Assembly (NCBI RefSeq): GCF_964194025.1
Contig: NC_134480.1
Coordinates: 42,036,001 to 42,100,000 of the forward strand
Length of the DNA: 64,000 nt
Direction of reading: 5' to 3'
Source: Convolutriloba macropyga
Taxonomy: Eukaryota
Numbering within the stretch: the first letter of the stretch is position 1; each line of letters starts with the position of its first letter. The translations under genes were made by a program, and so were the position numbers. This document shows, piece after piece, positions 48,541 through 62,565 of this stretch. The notes beneath the pieces were generated by a model. The model was not told the DNA's origin, searched no databases, and was given only the letters and a program-made list of their open reading frames with translations.

Positions 48541-51500
48541 ACTAACTTACCGTATTTTTGTTTTGAATATAAATCAATTTCACTTTACTTTCTGTAAAAC
48601 ATGCGCGGTGAATTTTTGTAAGATTTGCGATTTTTAGCACTTTAAGACTAGTTATGACTAGTTACTAAAGGTCAAAGTTGTCAAGACAAAATAATCAATT
48701 TTGATCATCCTATTAAAAGTAGGGGCTGGACGGACCAGACCAAAACTTTGAAAAGGTAACAGACTGGATATAATAAAAATGGGTGATGGTCAGAGGGTGT
48801 TGCACAAACAATACATATTCTGTGACAATGGACCCCAAATTCCTGACCTGCCGGCCGAATCCCGGACTTTCTTGGATCTGTGACCTCATCCAGGGTTTGG
48901 AGGCAAATGTTTTATTTAAAGTGGAGGAAACAGTTCTATACTTCTGCCTGACGGTTTTTTGTTAATGGTCATCGAGCTTGAAGTCGTTCAACGGCAAAGT
49001 TGTAAGGATGCCTAAATAGAACAAGGCGTTTTTTCTAAATATCTTCAAGGCATCACGTGGCTAGACTTCATTAAAGCCTATTGATGACCTGTCAGATCTG
49101 AGTTATGTATTTGTATTTACATTATAACTTTCTCCTAGATTCTGAAAACAAAAAGATTATTGTTAATTTCTTAATTTTTTTTGTTAAATCGGTTTGAGGT
49201 TTTTGTGTTTGAGTTTGATTTTTATTTGAAGTAACTATGTTTGCTGTAAAAGGGTGATGCTGCTTTGTGTAGGGATAATTGAGGCTACTTTAAACAATTG
49301 TTTTAAGAGATTCTTACGTTTTTGTCTCTGAAATATGACTTTTAAATTTATTAATATTTGAAGTAATAACAACTAAATGAGCATCACAAACGTAAAAATT
49401 AAAAAAAAATACATGAGAAAGGAGGTGACAATTGATTTTTACTCAAATTAATCAAAGCAAACTTTAAAATATGCGATTTATAACTGAAAGCTTATAATAA
49501 CACATTTCAAATTTTACCTAGTTCATGAGTTTTGATACAAATGAATATAAAATTTGCTAAAAAATTCTTTGCTGAGACGTTCTAGCATCAGTGACAATTC
49601 AAATAAAGATGCTCATTTAAAGCAGAACAAAATTCTGCCTAGAATAGCTTTTCTCGCAGGACATCAGTTTTTGTCACATGATTCAAATGCAGTGGTCTTG
49701 CGGGAGTGTGGGGAGCGGGGTAGCTACGATTTTTCATAAACCACAAAAGACAATTGTGTTCTCGGATATCTGCTTCAACATCACCTTTTTTGCAACAAAA
49801 GTATTTGCGAATTTTCCGTTGGATTAAAAAAGAGTTTTTCCCTCAACCACTCAATACCACCCAAAACTACATACACTAAACATTTATCATAATTTTAAAA
49901 TTTTGAAAATAAAACAAGTATTATTTTTGCTTTTCGCTTAATTATTTAAAATAATCCAAATCTCAGAAAGGCTTGAATCTTTTTAAGGAATTAAACTGAC
50001 AACTTAAAGTTTTCCGCATCAACTTAAGCATAAAAAACGTTTGTTAGTACCTGACCTCATGCAACCAAATCTCCCATTGTATTGCGGGTTTTCACGAATT
50101 TGTAAGGTTTAAAAAAGTCGACTTGACCTTGGACAAAGTCGTAAAGAATAAGGACATGAAAAGCTATTATTTATCACAATCCATTCATACACAATGGTGA
50201 AAAAAAATGGTTCAGAAAAAAAATGAAAAAATGAAAATCATTTATGAAGGAAAGGGCGTTATTAAATTTTTCCGCAGGACCCTTCACCATTTTGAAATTA
50301 GGAATTTCTCTGAAGAGCTAGAAAGAGCGAAGAGATTGCTTTAACTCAATTCTTTTATCAATAAAATGCATCCTCTTCAGTCTAAGGCACATCCTCATTT
50401 CAATTATCCGGACAATTTTATTCCGCTATACAGAACGCATAAACTGAGTAAGCATAACATACATTAAACAAACTGCAAAAGCCAGGAAAAAAAGACCAGC
50501 CCAATTTTTTTACTGTGAACTGTTGCAGATAATTTGCTTTCAATTATTGTTGACACGATCGCAATCGATTCTGATAGAAAACACAAGCACCAAAATGATA
50601 ATCGCTCTTCATTTTTTTGTCCGCTCGATACTTTGATATCCCTTCAAAAACTTTCAAGACTCAGGGTTTTCTAGTTTTTCACAGAATTGCATCTATCAAA
50701 TTTACTTCGTTAACATAATTCAGAGAAATTAAGGGTGCCATGTTTGTTTTTAATAACGGTGAAACGGTTAGGGTCACGCTTAGAAAAACATCAATCATTA
50801 TTTTTGAAGGTTTTGCCCGCATTTATAGCTTTTTCTTCTGTATTCGATGAAAGCAAAGTAAACGGCATAATGGACTGTACGACACAATTAAAAATTTTGA
50901 ACGCCTGACTTATTATGTTTACTGCGAATAAGTAAACAATTTAAGAAGCAAAACCAGACAAGGCAAACTAGTACTTTGTTTTTGAAAAACTGATTTTGAG
51001 ACAAAAGGAGGAGCATGCTTAGTTTTGTAAGAATTTGGAGAGCGTCTATTGCTTCGAAGAGCACATATCATTACGTCAAGGATTGTTTAATTTTTAAATT
51101 TGATTTCGTGCAATAGATCATGATGATGCTAATATTAATTCTATTTTTTCTCTATTAGTTCACCTATTTTTTCTCCATTCTATTAGTTCACCTCTTTTTT
51201 AAACAAGTCTAAACTTCACGAGGTAATTTTTTGTGCCCGATCTGATTTGCAACACACTTACCGTAACTAAAAAACATTTCTAGTACTTTTGGTAAGATCT
51301 TATGGCTTTCAGCAAAACTAACGTTTGTATATTAAGGTTATAGTAAGAACCAATTGGAATTACTTAAAACTTTTGAAGAGGAGTATTCTCATTTGTGTGA
51401 GACAACCGAGGCACTTCATGGAGCACTTGTTAAGACTTTAAAAAATATCTAGTAGTCAGCTTGGTTGTTGTTATCAAAAAATTGTTATTCCAGAGCAACT

Positions 51501-51556
51501 TTTACCTTCTGAACGTTTATTTTGATACCAGAAACTTCTAACCTTGTATGTATTTT

Positions 51557-51997
51557 GGATCTTTTCAGCAATTGCCTCCCTTTTGCAAAAAGGGGGCCTA
51601 TTTTTAAGCAGAATTCAAGCGAGTGATTTATTAACCAATCAGAGACGACTAAACTTTTTGTGTATGCTCATACTGTGTTAAACTGGATAGAATAAAATGC
51701 ACCATGCTAGGTAAATTAGCCTAATTGGAATACAAAGCGAAAAGAATTTCCGACTGGTGGGTCGGTGGGCGCGCCTCGCGCGGGTCGCGGCTTTGCTGCG
51801 ATAACCGACCCGCGATTTCCGAATTACATCCCACAGCGCGTGAGAGGCTTAGCCGTGAACAGCGGTCCGCAATCGCGCTTAATTTGATATTCGGCTATCA
51901 AACTGTAGGCCAACTAATATTGTGGTAAAGTATAGCACAAGGTGGTGGCGATTCACTAATAGGTACCAAGGGGGGGGGGGAATTGTTGAAAAGATCC
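51557..51997. mobile_element. Longer non-autonomous element with GGATCTTTTC TIRs
   Basis: GGATCTTTTCAGCAATTGCCTCCC / GGGGGGAATTGTTGAAAAGATCC, flanked by ATGTATTTT/ATGATTTTT. CpG-rich core at 51750-51880. Confidence 0.75.
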
Positions 51998-53287
51998 ATG
52001 ATTTTTAATACGCCCATTTGGCTACCCTAATTCAGATCTTTATTTAGAAGAACAATAACCTTTGGCAAAAAACCAGTATAAATTTTGTGATCCGCATTGA
52101 TAAAGCTTTGTGAAGACCTTATTCCGTGACTTTAATTGAGCTAAATTATTTTTTAAATTTATTTTCAGTGATATTTTTCTTGACAATGCAACAAGCACAA
52201 TATTCGTGCCCAATTTTATTTACAAAATTTACATCGTTCTGTTGGCGAATTCCTAATAATGATCAAGTACGTTTCACTTCAACATTACTGTTTATAGAAC
52301 ACAAAAGTTGGGCTCTTTCTGATGTTATTTTGTTTTTAACCAGCCCTCACAAACTTTTTTTTCAGCTCAGTTTTCGGATGTGATCTAACTCACAACCCAC
52401 TTACCCTAATTTTGGGGTATTACTTTAAAAAATTTACGAAGACCCTAGCGCTCGGTGTAAGATGCTATGAGCTTTTTAGGGGCTCATGGTTTGTGATGCT
52501 CTTGAAAAGTCAATAGATCTAAAATTTTTGAAATAACTGTCGTTTAATTTGTAATCAGTTATATGCTGAGCTTACTTGGGTTCTCGGCAGTAGCTTGGAA
52601 TGAAATTTTAAACTGGATATCCGTTTTGTTGTTACTCAATTCGGTCAAATTTTAGTGAACCAAATAGTTGCTGAATTAACGTAGTTTTGCAAACAATGTC
52701 GGGACCAAATAATTTAAATAATACTGAGAAGGAATCAACTCATTTAAGGTCACGTGACCGTTTCAGACAAATAAAACATTGAACCGGGAGTAGCATTATT
52801 TTATCCAATAGAAATGAGATTCTTAAACCGTTGATTTGTATCACCATATGACGTCACTAACATTATATTTCACGCTGCTGAATTATCCAAGCCGTAAAAA
52901 GATGTTTCAATTAATGCATTCATGTTAAGTGTATTTGAAAACCTATTTAGCAGTTTATTTTCTCAAATTCGTCAAAACGCCCTAAATTGTTAAATTTGTC
53001 GCATTTTTGACTGTTAGTTTTGCTTTTGTTGTATAACTCTTGCTCGTTTTTGTTGCATATAATTGTTACTTTTCGTCTAAAATTCTGATGGCTGCACCAA
53101 TTGGTCATTTTGTGCTTGAACCTTGCCATGAATATTAGCGGAAAGGAAAATTAACGGACTGGAATGTTAGCCGAAAAGGAGAAATTAACGGATCAGATTC
53201 GAGAGCGCACAAATTTTATTACGAGGATAATACGTTATGTTGGGTTCAACTGTAATAGATTCAAAGCCTAACCATTGAAAATTTCAA

Positions 53288-53460
53288 AATCTTGCAAGAA
53301 CCTTGCACGCCATGTTGCAAGAGAATTACTTTTTGCAGATTCTTGCTAGAATATTGCAAGTTTTTAATCATCTAGCAAGATTCTTGCAAGATTTCAAATT
53401 TAACATGGAAGATTAATGCACGATTTTAAATCCTGCCATCAAGATTCTTGCAAGATTTTG
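53288..53460. repeat. Cluster of palindromic TCTTGCAAGA motifs (likely decayed non-autonomous DNA transposon)
   Basis: Several exact and degenerate TCTTGCAAGA copies within 170 bp. Confidence 0.55.
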
Positions 53461-54299
53461 AATTCATATTTTTTATTAGCGCATTGCAGGGACGACTGGT
53501 CCAGCTGAAAATGAAAAATGAGCATAGGAAACTAATACTCTGTCGGAAACTCATCTCAAGTCAAGTTAAAGAACAGTCTTTTTGATTTTTCCACTATGTT
53601 TTAAAAACTCTCCTTTCCATTTCCGGCGTGGGACAGACAGAGGTGGAGCTTCGCAAAACAGCAATGAGAGAACTCTAGGTAAAAAAAAACTTGGCTCAAA
53701 AATCTTTCTTCAAAACAGAAGAAAAAAGAACGAAGAAACAAAAAAAAAAACCAAACGAAAGAACAGAATTTAAGAAACTTACTTAATATCTGTTGGTTCA
53801 TGTCAAAATAAAAGCGAACTCTTTGAAATTTTCCAGTTTTATTTGTTCGGGAGGAAAAACATAATTGAACGCGGATGAAAAAATGCAACAAACTTAGGGA
53901 ATTCGTGACACATAAAATCCGGAAAAATTGAACTGAGTTAAAATCAATCAAAAATCAGAAAAAAATCTGTGGTTGAAGCGTTAAAGTCTTCGAGCAACTC
54001 GACCTCATTAGTGCCAGAGGTCAAATGACAGACTTCGTACTTAGATGAGGATATTCCTCGACTTGTTCGAATGGATTCATACAAAAACATTTTCACTTAA
54101 AGGAGTGAATGATACCGGCAGCCTTACATCTTCAGGGTTAAGAAAGACAACAAAACTGATTTGGTCAAAATTCTGGTCGAAATCGCATTTATCGTAGAGC
54201 TGTTTGCTCAAGAGAACCATTAGCTCCATTATTAGATACCTCCTTAACTTACTCATCTGATATTTCATCCGTCTCATCTGCTCCTGCTATTATAACGTT

Positions 54300-54960
54300 G
54301 CTTCTAAATCTGTGTCTATGGAGTACACTGACTGATTTTTCTCAATTTACTAGTTCGGCGATTTTTAAATGGAGTCTTGTCATCTTTTTGTTCTTAACTT
54401 GATCCTGCTGAAAAAATTGTTTTTGTCTAGTGAAGCTATCGTTCAGTGGATCACCATGAACTCCATCACTCCATTTATTCTTAGAGCAACACATGGAGCA
54501 CTGAATTTTGTTCTTAAAAATTTTGCATGAATACACTGATTTGCAAGAAGAATATACAAATAATGGACCGAGCGTTAGGAAAGTGCTTTACAGATTACTG
54601 CTGATTGTGATCAAAGAAAATTTCTCGAAGCCCTCGATATGTTCTGCACCGGGGACCTCACTAAGGAAACAAGCAGCCTCTACCTATCTGACACACTTTT
54701 TTAAGGGAAATTTAAGACTTTCATGGCATCCGTCAATTAGTCCGATGATTCACTTTGTGTCGTCATTTGGGTGACATAACAGTTTTTCATTCTAAATATT
54801 CAGTTTTGTGAGCTCAGTTTCAATACTCTCCGAACGCTTCCATATCAATTCTACTTGATAATTAGCAGTATTCATTTCTAAGTATGTAGGGAAGAGATTC
54901 AGGGTACTCCAAGTTGCATCAACAGAACAAATTGAACGCCCAAACCACGAACAGTGACAG
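54300..54960 (-). pseudogene. Possible highly decayed DDE (MULE-like) transposase fragment
   Basis: Mostly open minus frame containing RSICSVDATWSTLNLF and, further on, EAACFLSEVPGAEH. The resemblance is weak. Confidence 0.25.
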
Positions 54961-56169
54961 CATAACAACGTGATATATTAATATGTAGAAAAAACATTTC
55001 GTCTCTTAAGTTTCAGCCTGATCGGTATCTTCATTTGTTTGCTTTAGCCTTTCATTTCAATGCACAGAGCTAAGAAAAATTGGATTTATTCAATTGAGCC
55101 TTCAGTCGATCTAATTGACGGAGCCATTACGCAAATATCTGCAAAAACGTCAATTAAGGTCTTCAAAATGTTAAATTTCCACAAAGAACATTTTCGAGAG
55201 AAATAGGATAATCAATGATTAAAAAAATATTTCATATCCTTGGTTGGATGAAGGGAAAATACAATGAGACCATTTCGATCACGCATGTGAATCGTCTTTG
55301 GCATAGAAGTTCGGACAAATTAAATAGAGACCTCGTTAAGACTTTGGGAAATAACATATTTTAATTGGTTTTTTTTTTACAATTTTTGCCATCTTTTGCT
55401 GCCCAAAATAATTGTTTTCTTTGACACAAGCTTAGTCGAAGACCTTATAATACTAAAAGACACCTCGTAATTGCTAATAAAACACGTTATATCAATCAAA
55501 CTTTATTTTTTGACCAAAACTTCTGTGATTCAAAAGTTCGCTGATTTCTTTTCAGATAAAAGTTCTAAAAGTTCTTAGACAAGTCCTTCAGAAAGCAGTC
55601 AAACATGAGCAGCTATGCATTTAATTGGATTTGAAATCATTGAGTTTTTGAAGGTGATTGAGTAAGTTGCTGTTCCACTTAGCGAACCGTAAAAAAGAGC
55701 GTCCCTTTGTCTGTTTCTCATAGAGGAGCTTTTCTCGTGAAATTAGAGATAGCTAGTTGCAAGAGAATTTAAGAAAATTTGCTAAACATTGAAAATCATC
55801 AAAGAACTTGTATTGCCCGGGATGGTTTTGCAATTGTGGCTGAAATCTTCGCATTATGAAAAGTGCGATGTGCTGAGCGTCAACCCGATCTAATAAACTA
55901 AAATATATATTTCAAGATTTTGACTATGCTAATAGACTGCTGAACATTTTAAAATTCACGCGCTGAAAAGGTTGAAGTATGAGGTCGAAAAAGCTTCTGG
56001 ATAACAAAAACAACACTTTTTGGCAATTTTTTTTACCATTATTTGGAAATAAAATATTTGAAATTTGTTGATTTGCATTGAAACAGAACTCTTATCCAAG
56101 CCATTCATATAGCTTGCGATCATGAAAAAAAGTCTTCATACATCTTGAACCCTGAAGTTTTTATCGTAC

Positions 56170-56797
56170 TGTGAATTGGGGTAATAGAAACGATATAAGA
56201 AAGAGAAATCCAATTCTTATTTTCCAATAGAGGAGCATATTATGTAAAAAAAGGAAAATGAGGAAATTGGATACAACATTTCTTTAGCAAACTTTGGTGT
56301 TAGAAGATTTGTTGTGATGATAAAAGACATCTTGTTTCAAATGACAGGGCCTGTACTTGTAAAAGAAATCAATAACTCCTTCGCCAGCACTTGCTAATAA
56401 ACAATAAAACTATTCTTCAATTATTTAGACTATAACTATAAACTGTAGCAGTGAAAAAATTGAATGTGCACCTTCAACCAATCAGAGACTGAGAAGACAC
56501 TATTCTCTTTTAAATAGAGAGAACTGAACTAACTGTAGTCAGTCCTTTAGTTAGATACACCATGTGTATACCATTGACTCCGGTGCTATACTTCTTAACC
56601 ACCGTAATAATAGAAGTTTACTCTCAGTGTTTTACAGAGTCGGTTAGTCTTAGAGATATAGGTAAATCTACTTCGCGCGCAGAAATAAGTAGCCCTAGCT
56701 CTTTAAACTTTAAGGATGTAAAAGGAGCCCACATCGGGTCTGCCTTAACTGGTGCGACCAGTGATTTAACAAACTCTAACCGTAAAAAGGATTCACA
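56170..56797 (+). repeat. Candidate gypsy 5' LTR
   Basis: 7-bp inverted ends TGTGAAT...ATTCACA, with internal CCAAT (56479) and TTTAAATAG (~56509). The second LTR is not in the window, so the boundaries are unproven. Confidence 0.5.
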
Positions 56798-59700
56798 CAA
56801 AACACCCTTTTCTCTTTTGAGAAAGAAACTTAGAACTAGATTACATAGCTTTTTATTTACTTAAAATATAAGAAAAAGGGGAACACGACCCCAACAAAAC
56901 AAAAACTACTAACATTTAAACAAGAGAATTAACTAAAATAGATCATCACATTGATCAACCCTCTTCCCACGTTCGGATACACTCGGGCGAATTACAACTG
57001 GCTTTTCTTACACAAAAGAACAAGCGTTTAATACGCGAAATTCTATCCTTTGAAATTAAACATTATCAACACCAAGATGAGCTAAATATACTCTTAAATA
57101 CAGCTGAACAGCTTAAATACCACTACTTTGCAGTAGAACAACAACCTCACCTTTCTTTACCAGAAAAGGCATCACAGGTTTCACGAACTGCCTTTCTTTC
57201 ATTTTTAGTTGAAATTTATGGAACCCAACTCACAAAAGTTCAGTTCTTTTCATTTGTGATCCTCTCAGAAATAGTTATATCTCACTAACATACGGTACTC
57301 TGTTTCACCCATTATCAGGCACATTATTTGAATTCCCTAACGGAATTTGGTCTGAAATACAACCTTGAGACAGAGAAGGATTATTTAGAAAATCTTCCTT
57401 CGAATTTTATAAACGCCTTGCACCGGCACTTAATGCTAATGCTTTACACTCTCGAAAAGAAAGCGTACACAAAATTGCCAGACAGGAAATAGAAAGATTC
57501 ACTCAACTTCTCAAAATATATATAAGTTCTGTCACAGATGCAGACTTAACCGAAGAAAAAATTTTTGATTCTCTTACACTTCTATCTTGGTATCTACACA
57601 GATTTTGGTAAAGTCTGGTTAGACACATCTTTCCAACCACTGAACTAATAGCAGAACTTATCCCCGAATAATCACCAAATTACCAGAAACACTCCATTAT
57701 ATATATGACCCGAATTGGTTTCCACAAAATGTCGTAAATTCCATCGGACACTATACAAAAATTATCCATAAACCACCAAAATATAGAAATTGAAAACTAT
57801 CATGCGGGAACACAACAATTTACTCATACGAATATCACAGAAAACACAAACACTTCTTTAGAAGTCTCACCCATTGAAAATATGGAAACAATAATTCACT
57901 CTCAACAATTAGAAAGTCGTATAAACGTTATACAAAAACAGACTTCATCTCAACACTTTTAGATGAAGGAACACTCTTTTAATCACACACGGTAAACACA
58001 TTATTTGATCTTGAAGACAATGATCAAAACAATAACTCTACTTATAGTACCACCAAAAACACAAATTTTTTACCAAAATCATCAACACAGACAACCTGTG
58101 AATTCAACTGAATTGAGACAAAACTCAGACCCATTAAACAGAACTATACCACCAATACCAAATGTAAACACACCTTTACCACGTATACATAGACAGAATT
58201 CCGTACACTTTAATACAGTACCCATCATTTTAAATAATTCAACCCAACCCACACAAGGGACTAACCAAAGTATACAAATCACTCCACAACAATTAGTAAT
58301 TATTGTCAGACAAATAAATTCACAGAGTACACAGCAAAGTACAAACGCACAGACTCTTTATTATTTACAAGCAGCGTCTACACAAACGCCGTCACCTGTA
58401 GTTCGTAGGAATTCACAAATGATGTATCCCTACCTAGGCGGCTCGATACCAATGCAACAGTCTGCAACCGTTTGATGGTACTGGTCCCACCTATACAACA
58501 GAAGATTTTTTAAATGCTATCACAGCAAATATGGTAACGACATCAGGACTAGAGCAGACTGATTCACCTATTCATGAAGCTTGGATCTTTAAACGGATTG
58601 CCATGATTCAAACGGCCCTAATAGGACCAGCACAACAATGGTATTTACATCTTCCACTAGACATTAAAAAGAATTGGCAAGCTTTTTGCGAAATTTCAGA
58701 AAACATTCGATTATCAACAATCGCAAACACAAGCGAAATTTTTACTAGAAAGCGTAACACTTGCTTCTGGTGAACAAATAAAACGCTAGAAATCAGAATA
58801 GAACAAATGACTCGATAGCATATGTTAATAATCCCCGGGATATGCGGAACGCACAAATGAATGACGCACTCGTCAAATCAATCTATCCACAACTAGCTAG
58901 AACAGCACTGAAAAAGATTGCAAATCACAAATTGGAACCGCATTGTAACCGCATTGGAAACACAACTTCCATTTGCACAACTTGTTGAAAAATTACACCA
59001 AGGAGATATTACAAGAACACATATTGATAGACACAAATTAAATACAAATTCCGCTCCTTCACACTCAATTAACAATCTCTCACTTGAGATAGATAATCTC
59101 ACAGTAGATGATATACACGCAATGGAATATGATATTGCTCACGGAATAAATGTAGTTCAACACAAGTACTAAAATGACCCTATTTTTAAAAGAATACCAC
59201 TCTTCCTAAAATGTTGTGAAAAAATTTACCTGAGAAAGGGTACACAAAACCACTGGAAAAACCTAATTTTCAAAAACAAACTTTTAATCATGCATGAAAG
59301 GTAATCAAAACCTCCCCAACATACAAGTCACACCGATTAACATGACAGGTGATCCACTACCATTTTCACATCGCTCACTCAGCAATAGCAGAGAACAAAG
59401 AAATCTTTCAAGACACAGAAGTCCAAACAAATTTTCACAAAATAACTGGGGAAAACCCTTATACGGAAATAGTAATTTCAAACCACCGAGTAGAAATGGT
59501 TCACCATGCCCATGACCAAATTTTCAAAATTTTTCACACTATAATTCGCGACCACGATCACCTCACTATAATCGAAACGGAAATCGTTCGCGACAACCGT
59601 TCTCACGAAATAGACTTCGTAATGTTAGTAATTATATTAATTCATTACTAGATCAAGAACAAAAAGACAACATTACGTCGAACACTGAAGATACAGACAC

Positions 59701-61183
59701 TGCAAATGTCTCCGAGGAAACACTCCCCGAACAACAATTTAATGGTTTACTTATAGAATTAAATCAGGATCCACAAGATGAATATTTTAATTGCCAAGTG
59801 GAATGTAACACTCTGACAGAAAGTTACATTCTCTTCAACTCTTGTAAAAATAACATATGGGTACTGCCACTTAAAATATACACACAACAAACACTCGATC
59901 ATAAGCAAACAATCTCTCCACCAAGTCTAGAAATAGATTTTCTATTAGCCTCTGGTGCAACACTTAATATACTAAATACTGACACTTGGAACAAAATCAA
60001 AAAATGTCACAAATTACAACTAAAAGCATCAACATTTGTTCTCTCAGCAGCAAAAAACTCTAAATTACAATCAAAAGGTACTGTAAAATTTACATTCTAC
60101 CCAGCTGTAACCCAGAGTCGAACTCTCAAAAACACTCCGTTTACACTCCCTTTCCATGTATCGAACACAAAATTTAATATTCTAGTCACACCCTTCCTAG
60201 AAAAATATGTATATTCAATAAAATGTTCATCTCATACACTTGAGATTAAACATAATAATGATATAAAGTCCCTAAAATTTTACGAATCATCAATCAAACT
60301 AGCCCCATATTATTCACGATTATTTCCAGTAATTGCAGATCACTCAGTATAATTTACACCATCTGAGCAGCGTATCTTAGCATATTCCTTCACCGCATAC
60401 GAATGTAAAAATAAAAATGCGAGCGGTACCATCCTTTATGCATCTGATTTTTCATTTATACCACTACGCAGGAATATGTTTTTCTCTATAAAAGAATATT
60501 TATCTCGAATACCTTTATCAATCATTTATTCAAATATTAATACAAAATCCTTTGCATCACCCGTTAGCACTCGTAAAAGGAATAATTGGATATGCACAAC
60601 AAGATATTTCACTTAACGACTATCAAACCACAAAATATCGCATCAATGAACTCACAGAATTCATGGATGCTTAACTTTAAATTACCTCATCCAAGGTACG
60701 TCAGAAACACTTAAAAAATTGTTTTGCCTAAATCTTAGCAAACAACAAGAACGCGAATACAAATCACAACAAAAAAAATTCACCATACCCCTTGATGTCT
60801 CAAAATTCACCAAACAGATAAAAAATTTCTCACCAAGTTCAAATTCGAACACATAAAATTAACACAAACACAATTTGAAAAAATAGCACAACTCAAACAA
60901 TTTCAAAAAGGCTATGCAACTTCGAAATTCAATGTCGGAAAAGTTAAAGTGGAATTAAATCTCCTTTAAAGCCATCACTATTTTTGAGAAGCAAAGAGCT
61001 ACTCGTATTCCACTTCAATTACAGGATAGAGTACAACACTTATTCGACATTTTAACACACTTTGGTATCATAGCACCCGTAAATACTCTTTGACCACCGG
61101 AAATACAATTATTAACCCAGTAATAATTCTCAAAAAAGGAGAATCTCTAAAAAATGTCGTAGACCCTCGTCATTTAAACACAA

Positions 61184-62565
61184 TGCTTGACGAAAAAAAA
61201 TGTTGTTGGCCCATAGAACCAATCCAAGTTATTCTATTACGGATCAAAGGACAAATTTTCTCTATAGCAGACATGAACAGTGCATACAATCAAATGCCAC
61301 TTGATAAGCCATCACAAATACTCACAAATTTTGTGATTGTTGGACAATAATACTGTTTCAAACGCTTATTCTATGGTATTTCTATTGGCCCAGCAGCTTT
61401 TTCATCTTTCATGAGCAGGATTTTCAAACCACTAACTAGAAAAAACAAAATAATCATCTATTTCGATGACGTTTTCATCTAAGACACAACAACAGACACA
61501 ATGTTGCAAACCCTTACTCAATACCACACTATTTTAGAGAATGAAAATCTCAAAGCCCCTCCAGACAATTCTTTCTTTTTCTTGGACTCCGTTGTATTTT
61601 TAGGACACCAAATTCAAAATAATCACATAAACCCACTCAAATCAAAAATCGACGGATTTTTGAAAACTGCAACCACCCAAGAATAAAAAAGAAATTCAAA
61701 ACTATGTCGGATTTTTCACCTTTATTTCAAAATATATATACAACCTACAAATCAATCTTCGACCTTTTTGTCTCCAACTCAGAGATACAACAGATTTTAA
61801 ATGGACTCCTGAACTAAAACAAACATTTGATAGAGTCAAACAAGAACTTACGGACGGAACACTTCGCCTCGCAATTGCTTGACGAAACAAAATGTTGCTG
61901 GCCCATAGAGCCAATTCAAGTTATTCTATTACGGATCAAAGGACCAATTTTCTCTATAGCAGACATGAACAGTGCATACAATCAAATGCCACTTGATAAA
62001 CCATCACAAAGACTCACAAATTTTGTGATTGTTGGACAATAATACTGTTTCAAACGCTTATTCTATGGTATTTCTATTGGCCCAGCAGCTTTTTCATCTT
62101 TCATGAGCAGTATTTTTAAACCACTAATTAGAAAACAAAATAATCATCTATTTCGATGAGATTTCCATCGAAGACACAACAACAGACACAATGTTGCAAA
62201 CACTTACTCAATACCACACTATTTTAGAGAATGAAGATCTCAAAGCCCCTCCAGACAATTCTTTCTTTTTCTTGGACTCCGTTGTATTTTTAGGACACCA
62301 AATTCAAAATAATCACATAAACCCACTCAAATCAAAAATCGACGGATTTTTGAAAACTGCAACCACCCAAGAACAAAAAGAAATTCAAAACTATGTCGGA
62401 TTTTTCACCTTTATTTCAAAATATATATACAACCTACAAATCAATCTTCGACTTTTTTGTCTCCAACTCAGAGATACAACAGATTTCAAATGGACTCCTG
62501 AACTACAACAAACATTTGATAGAGTCAAACAAGAACTTACGGACGGAACACTTCGCCTCGCAATT
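61184..62565 (+). repeat. Tandem duplication (~690-bp unit) of the gypsy RT core
   Basis: TGCTTGACGAAA at 61184 and 61876. Both units end CTTCGCCTCGCAAT(T). CAAT microhomology at the junction. Confidence 0.95.

Noticed and set aside
48779-48885. IFCDNGPQ, integrase-like motif
   Set aside because: Isolated 8-aa match in a short frame with no other integrase motifs.
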